DNA of 32,000 nucleotides from Nanoarchaeum equitans Kin4-M (GCA_000008085.1 AE017199.1:210001-242000), one strand, 5' to 3'; shown: positions 15,745-24,192, numbered from the stretch's first letter. Numbers and translations are program-made. Notes: generated by a model not told the origin, from the sequence alone.

Positions 15745-18105
15745 GTGGTTATAGTTAAAAAAGTAATACTAAACAATGTAAAAACCCACTCTAAAAGGGA
15801 ATTCGATTTTGAAAAAGGCATAAACCTAATACTAGGCCCAAATGGATCGGGTAAAACCACATTAGTCGAATCTATATTTTTAGCTCTATTTGGAGGAGAT
15901 TTCGCGAGAGTTATAGACTATTTTAAAAAAGGAGAAAAAACTATGGCTATAACTTTAATATTAGAGGACAAAGGCAAAACCTATAGAATAAGAAGGAAAT
16001 GGGTATTAGAGAATAATGCTAAATTAGTAGAAAGCTCGCTAGAATTAATTGATACTATTCCTAAAAAATTGGCTAGTGATCATAATAAATTGTTACAACA
16101 AATAAAACATTTATTTGGCTTAGATAAGAAAATAATCCCATTAATATATTATAAGCAAAATGAAATAACTAAAATAATTGAAATGGATCCGAGAAAGAGA
16201 AAAGAGTGGTTTGATGAAATTCTAGGAATAAAGGATTTGGAAGAATTCTCAGAAAAACTAAAAATGGCAATAAAATTAATAAAAACCGGGAAAATTTCAA
16301 GAATAGAAGATAGGATAAAACTATTAAAAGCAGAATTAAATAAAAAATCCTTATTAGAGAACAAGCTTAAAAACTATAAAGAAAAACTGGTTTTGCTAAG
16401 CAACGAATTAGAGAATTTAGAAAAAGAATATAAAATATTGGAAAACCAGTATAAGGAATATTTAGAATTGAAAGCTAAACTAAAATCTATTGAAGGGCAA
16501 ATAAATAACATAAATGTTAAAGAAATAGAAAGTAAAATCAATAATATTAGAGAAGAATTAAACAATATAGAAGAGCTAACCGATTATGAAAAAGACATAC
16601 TTTCAAAAAAGCATGAAATAATTAGATGTAACGAGATAAAAAATAGACTAAAAGAGTTGGAAAAAGAAATAAAAGATTACGATAAAATAAAAAAGGAATT
16701 TTTAGAGATAGAGTCTAAATACAAACAATACGAAGAGAAAAGACTAGAATATGAAAAAGCTAAGATGTTAGAAAAGGAAAAGGAAAAAGCTAAAAGAGAA
16801 TATTCTTATTTACTAAAAGAGAAGGAAAGTCTGGAAAAAGAGATTGCTGAATTACAAAACAAAATAAACCAAATAAAGGAATTAGAAAAGATGGAACAAG
16901 AACTATTGGAAATACAAGAAAGGATTGGTGTTATTAAGGCTAAACTAAAATTATTAGAAAATATAAAAGATAGGTGCCCATTGTGTGGGGCTAAACTTTC
17001 TAGTGATACTATTGAACATTTGCAAAAAGAAAGAGAAAAATTACAAAAGGAATACTATTATTTAAAAGAAAAGTACAACCAATTGTTAATAAAAATTAGA
17101 GCTTTAGAAAAATACAAAGGATTGGAAAAAGTATTAGAAGCAAAAACCAAACATTTAGAAACTATAGAAAATAGGCTAAAAGAGATAAAACCTATTATAG
17201 AATTGGAAATCCCAAAAATTGAATTAGACGAATCCATCCCTTACAAATATAAACAGTTATTAAATAAAGTTTCTTATTTAGAAGCAAAAATAAAGGAATA
17301 TGAGAGATATAAAAATATAGAATGCCCTTACGATATAGCTATCGAAGAGCTAAAAAGGATAGAAGACAAATACAATAAATACATAAAAAAGCCTGCCTTA
17401 GAGAGAGAACTAAACCTTTTGTTAAAAGAATTAGAGAGATACAATAGTTTGCTAAAAGAGAAAGAAGAGATTTTAAGTAAATTAAACCCAGAAATAGAAA
17501 CGAAATATAAAGAATTAACTAAAAAGAAAGAAAACCTTCTATCAGAGATTTCCAAAGTTAAAGGCATAATTAAAGAGATCGAATCCCAAATAAAAGAGAT
17601 CGAAAAGCATGAAAGTACTATTAAACAATTAGAAGAGAAGAAGAGAAAATGGGAAAAACTAGTTGAAAAACTAAATAGAATAGTGAAAGCTTTAGGCAGA
17701 GACGGTATTCCTAAAGCTCTAAGAGAAGGAGCCATAAACTATATAAATGATATGGCCAATATTTATCTTAGAGAGTTTACCGACAAATATAAACTGAAAG
17801 TGAATAACGATTTATCAATATATGCTATCCCTATAGATAATCCCCATTATGAGATAGAGGCTAAAAACCTTAGTGGGGGAGAAAAGGTTGTGTTTTCTTT
17901 ATCTATCGCTTTAGCTATAATTAGTTGGCTATCCCTTCAAAACATGTTTATGGTTTTAGACGAGCCAACTGCAAATTTAGACAATGAAAGAACATTGGCA
18001 TTAAGAAAAACCTTTGATAAACTAGAAAAAATGGTTGAACAAGCTATAATAGTTACACACAACGAATTATTAGATACTGGGGAAAACCATGTTGTTAGAT
18101 TATAA
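15745..18105 (+). CDS. rad50: Rad50 DNA double-strand break repair ATPase
   Basis: Walker A GPNGSGKTT, long heptad-rich coiled coil, central zinc hook CPLCG, ABC signature LSGGE, Walker B MVLDEP, D-loop/H-loop (VTHN). GTG start. 786 aa. Confidence 0.88.
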   Translation: MVIVKKVILNNVKTHSKREFDFEKGINLILGPNGSGKTTLVESIFLALFGGDFARVIDYFKKGEKTMAITLILEDKGKTYRIRRKWVLENNAKLVESSLELIDTIPKKLASDHNKLLQQIKHLFGLDKKIIPLIYYKQNEITKIIEMDPRKRKEWFDEILGIKDLEEFSEKLKMAIKLIKTGKISRIEDRIKLLKAELNKKSLLENKLKNYKEKLVLLSNELENLEKEYKILENQYKEYLELKAKLKSIEGQINNINVKEIESKINNIREELNNIEELTDYEKDILSKKHEIIRCNEIKNRLKELEKEIKDYDKIKKEFLEIESKYKQYEEKRLEYEKAKMLEKEKEKAKREYSYLLKEKESLEKEIAELQNKINQIKELEKMEQELLEIQERIGVIKAKLKLLENIKDRCPLCGAKLSSDTIEHLQKEREKLQKEYYYLKEKYNQLLIKIRALEKYKGLEKVLEAKTKHLETIENRLKEIKPIIELEIPKIELDESIPYKYKQLLNKVSYLEAKIKEYERYKNIECPYDIAIEELKRIEDKYNKYIKKPALERELNLLLKELERYNSLLKEKEEILSKLNPEIETKYKELTKKKENLLSEISKVKGIIKEIESQIKEIEKHESTIKQLEEKKRKWEKLVEKLNRIVKALGRDGIPKALREGAINYINDMANIYLREFTDKYKLKVNNDLSIYAIPIDNPHYEIEAKNLSGGEKVVFSLSIALAIISWLSLQNMFMVLDEPTANLDNERTLALRKTFDKLEKMVEQAIIVTHNELLDTGENHVVRL

Positions 18106-18646
18106 AGATGTTATAAACGAAGCAAGAGTATACTTTTTTTATAGTACTCTCATTTCCTAAAATATATATACATTTGTTTTCCCTCTTTAATGTGGGAGAA
18201 CCCTTATCTATAATTATATGAATAGTTTTGTTACAATCTATTTTTTCTGTTGGAAATTTCTCGCATTTTTCTAGGCAATAGAATTTTAGATTTTCTAATG
18301 GTATATCATTATAAGCTAAAACTTGCGCCATCTTTATAGCTAAATCGCTTGCCACAATAGTAAAAGCCCCTTTTAGATTAGGGTTAAAATTTATGTGTAT
18401 CTCCCCCTTGAAAAAGTTTCTATCAATATTTATGTTGGGACAATCCAATTCGGTTAATGGGTAATAGATAGAAAAATAGTATTTATTATTGTAATAAACA
18501 TCGTATCCCCCTTTAGAGGGGCAAAACTTATACTCTTTATAATGTATGCAATTATCTTTAGATAAAAATACTAAAACTATACCTAATAGAATTAAACTAA
18601 ATAGCCAAACCTTCTTTCTTAAGTTCTTCATATTTAGAGTCATCAA
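18095..18646 (-). CDS. N-terminally anchored Cys-rich protein (hypothetical)
   Basis: Signal/anchor MKNLRKKVWLFSLILLGIVLVFL, so the likely start is the ATG at 18631 rather than 18646. 8 Cys. Overlaps the rpl24 3' end on the same strand and the rad50 3' end convergently (11 nt). Confidence 0.5.
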   Translation of the reverse strand: MMTLNMKNLRKKVWLFSLILLGIVLVFLSKDNCIHYKEYKFCPSKGGYDVYYNNKYYFSIYYPLTELDCPNINIDRNFFKGEIHINFNPNLKGAFTIVASDLAIKMAQVLAYNDIPLENLKFYCLEKCEKFPTEKIDCNKTIHIIIDKGSPTLKRENKCIYILGNESTIKKVYSCFVYNIFII

Positions 18647-19019
18647 TTTTTAAGGCTTCCCTTCTTTTTTTATCAGATAAATCTAATTTTATTATTGTTA
18701 ACTTAGAGGGATGGAAAGGGTATTGCCTATCAGTATCTAAGCTTAAATAAACCCTATAATATTTAGGATCTATATCGATTACTTGGCCTTCCTTTCCTCT
18801 AAAGTTACCTCTTTCTACTCTAACAACATCTCCAACTTTAATAGGAACATTTCTTATTCCGAGCTTTTCCCTTAATTCTTTAGACAATGGAGAACGCATC
18901 ATCTTTCTTCTTCTATGCAATGGGGCATTAATTATGTATTTCCTTTGCTTTCTGGGTTGTTTAGACCTAACCCAGCTAGGAGACCAATCAGAAGGATTAT
19001 AATTTCTTATTTTAAGCAT
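18597..19019 (-). CDS. rpl24: 50S ribosomal protein L24 (uL24)
   Basis: KQPRKQRKY...APLHRRRK..S.LSKELREK N-terminus and KOW motif (VKVGDVVRVERGNFRGKEGQV). 140 aa. Confidence 0.85.
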   Translation of the reverse strand: MLKIRNYNPSDWSPSWVRSKQPRKQRKYIINAPLHRRRKMMRSPLSKELREKLGIRNVPIKVGDVVRVERGNFRGKEGQVIDIDPKYYRVYLSLDTDRQYPFHPSKLTIIKLDLSDKKRREALKIDDSKYEELKKEGLAI

Positions 19020-19037
19020 TGGGCGTTAAAAATATAT

Positions 19038-19045
19038 AGTTTAAA
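19038..19045 (-). promoter_or_regulatory. TATA box (TTTAAACT on the minus strand) upstream of rpl24
   Basis: Starts 26 nt before the rpl24 ATG at 19019. Confidence 0.45.
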
Positions 19046-19047
19046 AA

Positions 19048-19317
19048 TTATTCTTCCTTTTTAATAGAAACTCTCGCAATAATCATTATATCGCCTATGG
19101 CCCTTACTAAAGTATGGGGTACAATTATACCCTTACCCCTTAAAGCTTCTTTTATTTTTGGGTTTTCTAATCTAACTTGCCACCCATATATTCTGGAATT
19201 GTCTTGTATTAGTGCTTCTTCAACTTTTCCCAAATAAATGCCATCTTCAGTATAAACTTGTTTATCATAAGCTTGGCTAACTCTCATATACCTTTCCATT
19301 AACATAGATTTAAACAA
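19048..19317 (-). CDS. PRC-barrel domain protein (small, hypothetical function)
   Basis: The pattern KQVYTEDGIYLGKVEEALIQ...GWQVRL...GIIVPHTLVRAIGDIMII resembles archaeal PRC-barrel proteins. The track start is a TTG at 19317; the first ATG, at 19305, is more likely. Confidence 0.5.
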   Translation of the reverse strand: MFKSMLMERYMRVSQAYDKQVYTEDGIYLGKVEEALIQDNSRIYGWQVRLENPKIKEALRGKGIIVPHTLVRAIGDIMIIARVSIKKEE

Positions 19318-19334
19318 TGATTTAAAAAATATAG

Positions 19335-19541
19335 ATGTTACATTTTATTGACAAATCCGTAAGACAGCATTTGGGCTATTTTTTAAGATATCTAATAAAA
19401 CTCTTTGGCACACTATTGATAATCTTTTTGCTAGTTTATATGGTATCGAGCAAAGATATAAGGTATTTGGTTTTCTATCTTTATTATTTGGGTGTCCATG
19501 TGGTAGTAAATATTATTCTCTATGAAGAGTTTTTTAAATAA
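19335..19541 (+). CDS. Possible small two-helix membrane protein
   Basis: 68-aa ORF filling an otherwise empty 243-bp gap, with two hydrophobic segments. No well-spaced TATA box at -26, so it may be spurious. Confidence 0.3.
   Translation: MLHFIDKSVRQHLGYFLRYLIKLFGTLLIIFLLVYMVSSKDIRYLVFYLYYLGVHVVVNIILYEEFFK
19533..19540 (+). promoter_or_regulatory. TATA box (TTTAAATA) upstream of the 686-aa surface protein gene
   Basis: Starts 28 nt before the ATG at 19561. Confidence 0.45.
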
Positions 19542-19560
19542 TTAATATAAAATATAGCAA

Positions 19561-21621
19561 ATGAGATGGTTGTCCCTATTGCTAATACCTATAGCTTTGT
19601 CTTTGGTTATTGAAAATAATAGTTGTCTAAAAAATGGTAACCATACTATTTATGTCAAATCCAAATATTTCGATGAAAAAATGAATATTAGTATTGGTGA
19701 TAAAGAGTTTAGCTGCATAAGATCAAAAATAGAAGAAAATTATGTTCTATACAAATGTAATATAAATATAAATTTAAGCGATGGGTTGTATGATCTTAAA
19801 ACTCCCTTAGAGAGTTATACTATATGTATCGATAATCAACCTCCTACAATAGAAATAGGGGGCCAATACATAAATGTTTCTAATAATTATTGTTTCTATG
19901 ATTTCAATCCAAATATAAATGTTAAAGACAATGGTTGCTGTGAGAAAACAGATTTGTATATCTATTATAATGGAGAGCTCGTAAAAGAAATAACCAAACC
20001 TGGTTTCTATATAATAAAAGCTTCTGACAAAGCTGGCAATACAATAGAGCAAAAACTAAACATTTGTTTTCCAGAAACTAATAAGCCAACAATAAAATTA
20101 ATTGATTATAAAGTTGGCACAAACATAAACGCGACATTTTATGTTAAAGACGATAGCTTAATAAAAGAGGTTAGCTATTGTAATATTAATCCAATAAAAG
20201 AGGGTTATATAAATTGTAGTTTACCAAAACAAGAAACTGTAACTATGACTGTAACAGATATTTACAATAATAGTTATAGCGAAACCTTCGTTTTCGATAT
20301 TGAACCCCCCACAATAAAAATAATAGACCCAATTCCAATAGATAATACTATATACCTAAACGCTTCTAAATTGGAAGTAAGTTTATTGGTTTCGCCCGAT
20401 ACTAAAAAATGTTGGTTAGGCAATCAAGAATTGCCTATAGTAAATAACATTGTAAAAGCAATGTTTAGCGATAGCGGCGATTATACTATTGTTTGTGAAG
20501 ATGAAAAAGGAAACAAAGCTCAAAAAACTTTACATGTTATAGTTGATACAATTCCCCCAGAATTAAACATAATAGATTATGGCTATAATGTTGATGACAA
20601 AGGAGTTTACGCATATATTAGATATACAATAAGCCCCGATGCGTATGTAAAAGTATATAAAAATGGAGTATACTTACAAAACTCTTATAGTGGTATAATA
20701 AAGGATTATAATGTTTTTGTTGGGCAAAAATATGTTTATACTTTAGAGCCAATAGATTATGCTAACAACAAAGGAGAATCAAAAGAAGTAGTTATTTATA
20801 TAAAAAGCGATAAAAAATGTAAATTGGATTTCAAAATTTTGCCAAAATATAAATATCATTTATCTAAAAATGTAAAACTATTAATAGAAACGGAACCAAA
20901 AGCTTTTGTTACAGTAACCAACAATAATAATGTTGTATGCATAGGCAATGCTAATGAAGCTGGTACGTATTTATGTAATGTATCTTTAACAAATGGAGAA
21001 AACAAAATAGTTATTAGCTCTATTGACCCTACAGGAGACAAAGCTGAAAAAACTATTGTTTTATACAAAGACGATTTAATAATATATTTGCCCTCTATAA
21101 CATCATTTGAAGGGAAAGCCTTAATAGTATATGATAACAAAATTGAAGAAGAAAGAAGTTCAATAAACTTCTTTGGATTTTATACTAACAATGTTAAGGT
21201 TGACGTCTATGCATCAAACAAATTAGTTTGTTCTAACTACCAAAAACCATTATGTGAAAAAAGAAATAACATATATTTTATAGCGAATACATTATCGGCA
21301 TTGGCAACAAAATACAAAACAGACCAAATAAAAATAAAAGCCCAATTTGGCGATTTAAATAGAGAGATAACTGTGGATTTAAAGAGAGAAAGCGTATCCC
21401 TAGGAAAATACTCTATCGCTCTCGGAGGGGCGCTATTGCCATTCTTTAGACAAAGCAGCGAGAACATATTATTATTCGCTCTAAGCGCCATAATAGTATT
21501 TGGAACCGCTTTAGTCGATTTAAGGAGAATATCCATAGAATTACCTAAAGCAAGAATAGAGTTTAACCTTATAGACAAAATCAAAAATTTATTATCAAAA
21601 ATTAGGAAAGACTTGAAATGA
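19561..21621 (+). CDS. Exported Cys-rich protein with four tandem Ig-like modules and a C-terminal anchor (hypothetical surface protein)
   Basis: Signal peptide MRWLSLLLIPIALSLV. Roughly 80-aa modules each end in D-x-x-(G/N)-N followed by (P/K)P(T/E)-I/L (aa 94, 175, 249, 332). Hydrophobic segment near aa 640-660. Many N-x-S/T sites. Confidence 0.6.
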   Translation: MRWLSLLLIPIALSLVIENNSCLKNGNHTIYVKSKYFDEKMNISIGDKEFSCIRSKIEENYVLYKCNININLSDGLYDLKTPLESYTICIDNQPPTIEIGGQYINVSNNYCFYDFNPNINVKDNGCCEKTDLYIYYNGELVKEITKPGFYIIKASDKAGNTIEQKLNICFPETNKPTIKLIDYKVGTNINATFYVKDDSLIKEVSYCNINPIKEGYINCSLPKQETVTMTVTDIYNNSYSETFVFDIEPPTIKIIDPIPIDNTIYLNASKLEVSLLVSPDTKKCWLGNQELPIVNNIVKAMFSDSGDYTIVCEDEKGNKAQKTLHVIVDTIPPELNIIDYGYNVDDKGVYAYIRYTISPDAYVKVYKNGVYLQNSYSGIIKDYNVFVGQKYVYTLEPIDYANNKGESKEVVIYIKSDKKCKLDFKILPKYKYHLSKNVKLLIETEPKAFVTVTNNNNVVCIGNANEAGTYLCNVSLTNGENKIVISSIDPTGDKAEKTIVLYKDDLIIYLPSITSFEGKALIVYDNKIEEERSSINFFGFYTNNVKVDVYASNKLVCSNYQKPLCEKRNNIYFIANTLSALATKYKTDQIKIKAQFGDLNREITVDLKRESVSLGKYSIALGGALLPFFRQSSENILLFALSAIIVFGTALVDLRRISIELPKARIEFNLIDKIKNLLSKIRKDLK

Positions 21622-22079
21622 ACCTAAGAATTCCTTGGAAAGAAGTATATTATTTGGGCTATAACATGGGTAACTATATAAAAATTAGTGAGCCCGAATT
21701 ATTGTTTGTTCTAAGAAACAAACCTCAGATTAAAGATAGATTAAAATTGGACGAAAAAACTATAATAAAAGAAGGAGTAAAAAAATATAAAAATTTTTGG
21801 GAAATTTATTACACCGTAAAAGATTTGATTTTGAGAGGTTATAGAGTTAGATTTGACGGGTTTTTTATAGAGTTATATGAAAAAGGTATAATCCCTGGAA
21901 CAATAGAGCAAGATTATTTGGTTTATCCCGTTAGTGGTGAAATAAGAATGACTTGGGGAGAATTATTAGATATTTATAATAAAGCAATTGCAAGAAAATC
22001 AAAATTTATGTTAGCAATAGTGGATAGCGAAGGAGATGTCACTTATTACGAATTCCGAAAGCTCCGTTCCAATAAATAG
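21618..22079 (+). CDS. endA: tRNA-splicing endonuclease family (EndA) subunit, probably the non-catalytic/structural type
   Basis: The C-terminal domain aligns by eye with M. jannaschii EndA: VKDLILRGYRVR / YKDLRTRGYIVK, IELYEKG / FRLYERG, DYLVYPV / VYLVKVF, FMLAIVDSEGDVTYYEF / LLIAIVDADGDIVYYNM. The positions of catalytic His and Lys appear substituted (Glu, Ser). The ATG overlaps the upstream stop (ATGA). Confidence 0.7.
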   Translation: MNLRIPWKEVYYLGYNMGNYIKISEPELLFVLRNKPQIKDRLKLDEKTIIKEGVKKYKNFWEIYYTVKDLILRGYRVRFDGFFIELYEKGIIPGTIEQDYLVYPVSGEIRMTWGELLDIYNKAIARKSKFMLAIVDSEGDVTYYEFRKLRSNK

Positions 22080-22435
22080 ATTCCTTCTAGTATTGTGGCA
22101 ATTTTATCTAAAGGCAAACCCAAATAAAAATATGCTGCAGCGAGAATATAAATTATTCCTGTAATTCTGGCCAATAAATTGTTATATTCTAGCAAACCTA
22201 AACCGAAAAAGAAAAACGCTATAACATACAAAGATAATATAACAAAATCCCCTATGTTATATGGCACTAAATAATATTGGGGTAATAGCAATAACATTAT
22301 TGTACCTATATACAACCAAAAGTTTTTGTCTTTCATTGCTATATAAAGCCATACAGCTAGGGCTAAACTATTATTTATTGGTAAAACCAAAGACAAAATA
22401 TCTGTTATGCCTGCTAACAAATATAGATATTGCAT
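22046..22435 (-). CDS. Multi-pass membrane protein (hypothetical)
   Basis: 129 aa, about 4 hydrophobic helices. Its 3' end overlaps endA convergently by 34 nt. Divergent from rpl29. Confidence 0.5.
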   Translation of the reverse strand: MQYLYLLAGITDILSLVLPINNSLALAVWLYIAMKDKNFWLYIGTIMLLLLPQYYLVPYNIGDFVILSLYVIAFFFFGLGLLEYNNLLARITGIIYILAAAYFYLGLPLDKIATILEGIYLLERSFRNS

Positions 22436-22441
22436 AAAATT

Positions 22442-22449
22442 TTTAAACT
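22442..22449 (+). promoter_or_regulatory. TATA box (TTTAAACT) upstream of rpl29
   Basis: Starts 26 nt before the GTG at 22468, which supports that start over the track's TTG at 22450. A second, opposite-strand TTATAAAT (22458-22465) faces the membrane protein gene. Confidence 0.5.
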
Positions 22450-22467
22450 TTGTTTCTATTTATAAGC

Positions 22468-22659
22468 GTGAAAGCTAAAGATCTTAGACAAAAGAGTGTG
22501 CAAGAGTTAAAAGAATTATTGGCCAAATTAAGAGAGGAACTAAGAGTATTAAACACTTTATATATAAATAAAAGACCTTTTAACTATGGTAGGAGAAGAC
22601 AAATAAAAAGAGATATAGCTAGGATTTTAACTGTTCTAAGAGAAAGAAATGAAGCTTAA
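22468..22659 (+). CDS. rpl29: 50S ribosomal protein L29 (uL29)
   Basis: [24 protein letters not shown] is the canonical L29 helix. Start set at the GTG at 22468 on the basis of promoter spacing. Confidence 0.8.
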
Positions 22660-22966
22660 GAAAATAAGCGGAGGTTTTGACGAGTTATTAGAGGAATTAG
22701 AATCGCAGATAGAACAGGAAACTAGAAAAATCAAAGTAGTATTAGATGAAAGAAAGAAGAAAAAGAGAACCCCAAGTAAAGTTACTATAATTTATGGGAT
22801 TCCTGAGGAAGAAGCAGAGGAAGTAGTAAAATATTTAAAGAAAAAAATAGGGACTGGAGGAACATACAAAAATGGCGCTATAGAGCTTAGGGGAGATGTT
22901 AGGAAAAAAATTAAGCCAATCCTTATTGAATTGGGCTATAGGGAAGACCAGATTGAGATAGAATAG
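22649..22966 (+). CDS. sui1: Translation initiation factor aSUI1 (eIF1 homolog)
   Basis: SUI1 domain: KVTIIYGI...[35 protein letters not shown]. 105 aa. Overlaps rpl29 by 11 nt. Confidence 0.85.
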
Positions 22967-24173
22967 AATCAATTATTTCGAAACTCTTCTCTATGGATCT
23001 ATATTCGTAATAGTCTTGTTTAATAAATTCTTTTTCCACCAATTCTGCAAACTTTAAATAGGCTTTATCCTCTTTTGATAGAGAGTCTTCCCCAACTATT
23101 GTTGCTATGTCTCTAGCTTCTAAGCCTTTAGCATAGCTTTTTATTAAGATATCTGCATATTTTTTATGTTTTTTAGACATACCATTTTTAGCTAATCTAG
23201 ATAGGCTTTTTAACAAATCTATTGGAGGATAAATATTTTTAGAATGCAAATCTTGAGATAAAACATATTGCCCCTCTGTAATATAACCGGTTAAATCTGG
23301 CACTACATGGGTTATATCATTACCAGGCATAGTTAGCATAGGTATTAATGTTATAGAGCCCTTTGATGTTAAACCAGATCTTTCATATATAGAGGCTAAA
23401 TCTGTATACAAATAAGCAGGGTATCCTCTCCTAGAGGGGATCTCTTTTCTTAAGGTTGAAATCTCTCTTAAAGCATCGGCATAATTAGTCATATCTAACA
23501 TTAAAACCAAAACATCTCTATTTTTTTCAAAAGCCAGATATTCTGCTAAAGTTAGTGCAACTCTTGGAGTGTAAATTTTTTCTATAGGAGAGCTATCCGC
23601 TTTAGAAATAAATATGGCGCTATTCATTATAGCTTTGGTATTTATGAATTCGTCGATAAACATTTTATATATATCGGAAGGCACACCTATTGCTGCAAAT
23701 ATAATTGTTTTGTCTTTAGCTACATTTCTAGCAATTTGGAGGGCTAGCCTTTCCATAGGCAAACCTGGGGGGGAAAATATTGCTATTTTCTGCCCTTTTA
23801 ATAATGGGTGCGCAACATCTATTGAGGAAATACCTGTATACAATATTTCGTTTGGAACCTTTCTAGCATAGGGGTTTATGGCTAAACCATTAATGTCTCT
23901 ATAATCCTCAGGATAAGGTTTTGGTCCTTTTATTGGCTCTCCAAATCCATTGAATATGCCCCCAATATAATCTTCGCTAACAGCTATTTTGTATGTGTTT
24001 CCTTGTCTATTAATTTGCTTTATTTCTCCTGTATAATAGTCAAACAATAAAGCTAAAGCTTTATTTTCATAAGCAGCAATAACTATGGCTTTAGTTTCTT
24101 CCAAATCTATTACTTCTCCGAGCATTGGGTTTTCTAATTCTACTGCTATTAGTGGGGGTTTAATGGAAGGCAT
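22923..24173 (-). CDS. atpB: A-type (A1Ao/V-type) ATP synthase subunit B
   Basis: Non-catalytic B-subunit pattern: GISSIDVAHPLLKGQKIAIFSPPGLPMERLALQIARN, VLVLMLDMTNYADALREIS, RRGYPAYLYTDLASIYERSG. 416 aa. No other ATPase genes adjacent. Confidence 0.88.
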   Translation of the reverse strand: MPSIKPPLIAVELENPMLGEVIDLEETKAIVIAAYENKALALLFDYYTGEIKQINRQGNTYKIAVSEDYIGGIFNGFGEPIKGPKPYPEDYRDINGLAINPYARKVPNEILYTGISSIDVAHPLLKGQKIAIFSPPGLPMERLALQIARNVAKDKTIIFAAIGVPSDIYKMFIDEFINTKAIMNSAIFISKADSSPIEKIYTPRVALTLAEYLAFEKNRDVLVLMLDMTNYADALREISTLRKEIPSRRGYPAYLYTDLASIYERSGLTSKGSITLIPMLTMPGNDITHVVPDLTGYITEGQYVLSQDLHSKNIYPPIDLLKSLSRLAKNGMSKKHKKYADILIKSYAKGLEARDIATIVGEDSLSKEDKAYLKFAELVEKEFIKQDYYEYRSIEKSFEIIDSILSQSGLPYSPIQ

Positions 24174-24192
24174 TTTGGTTATTTATAGTTTG

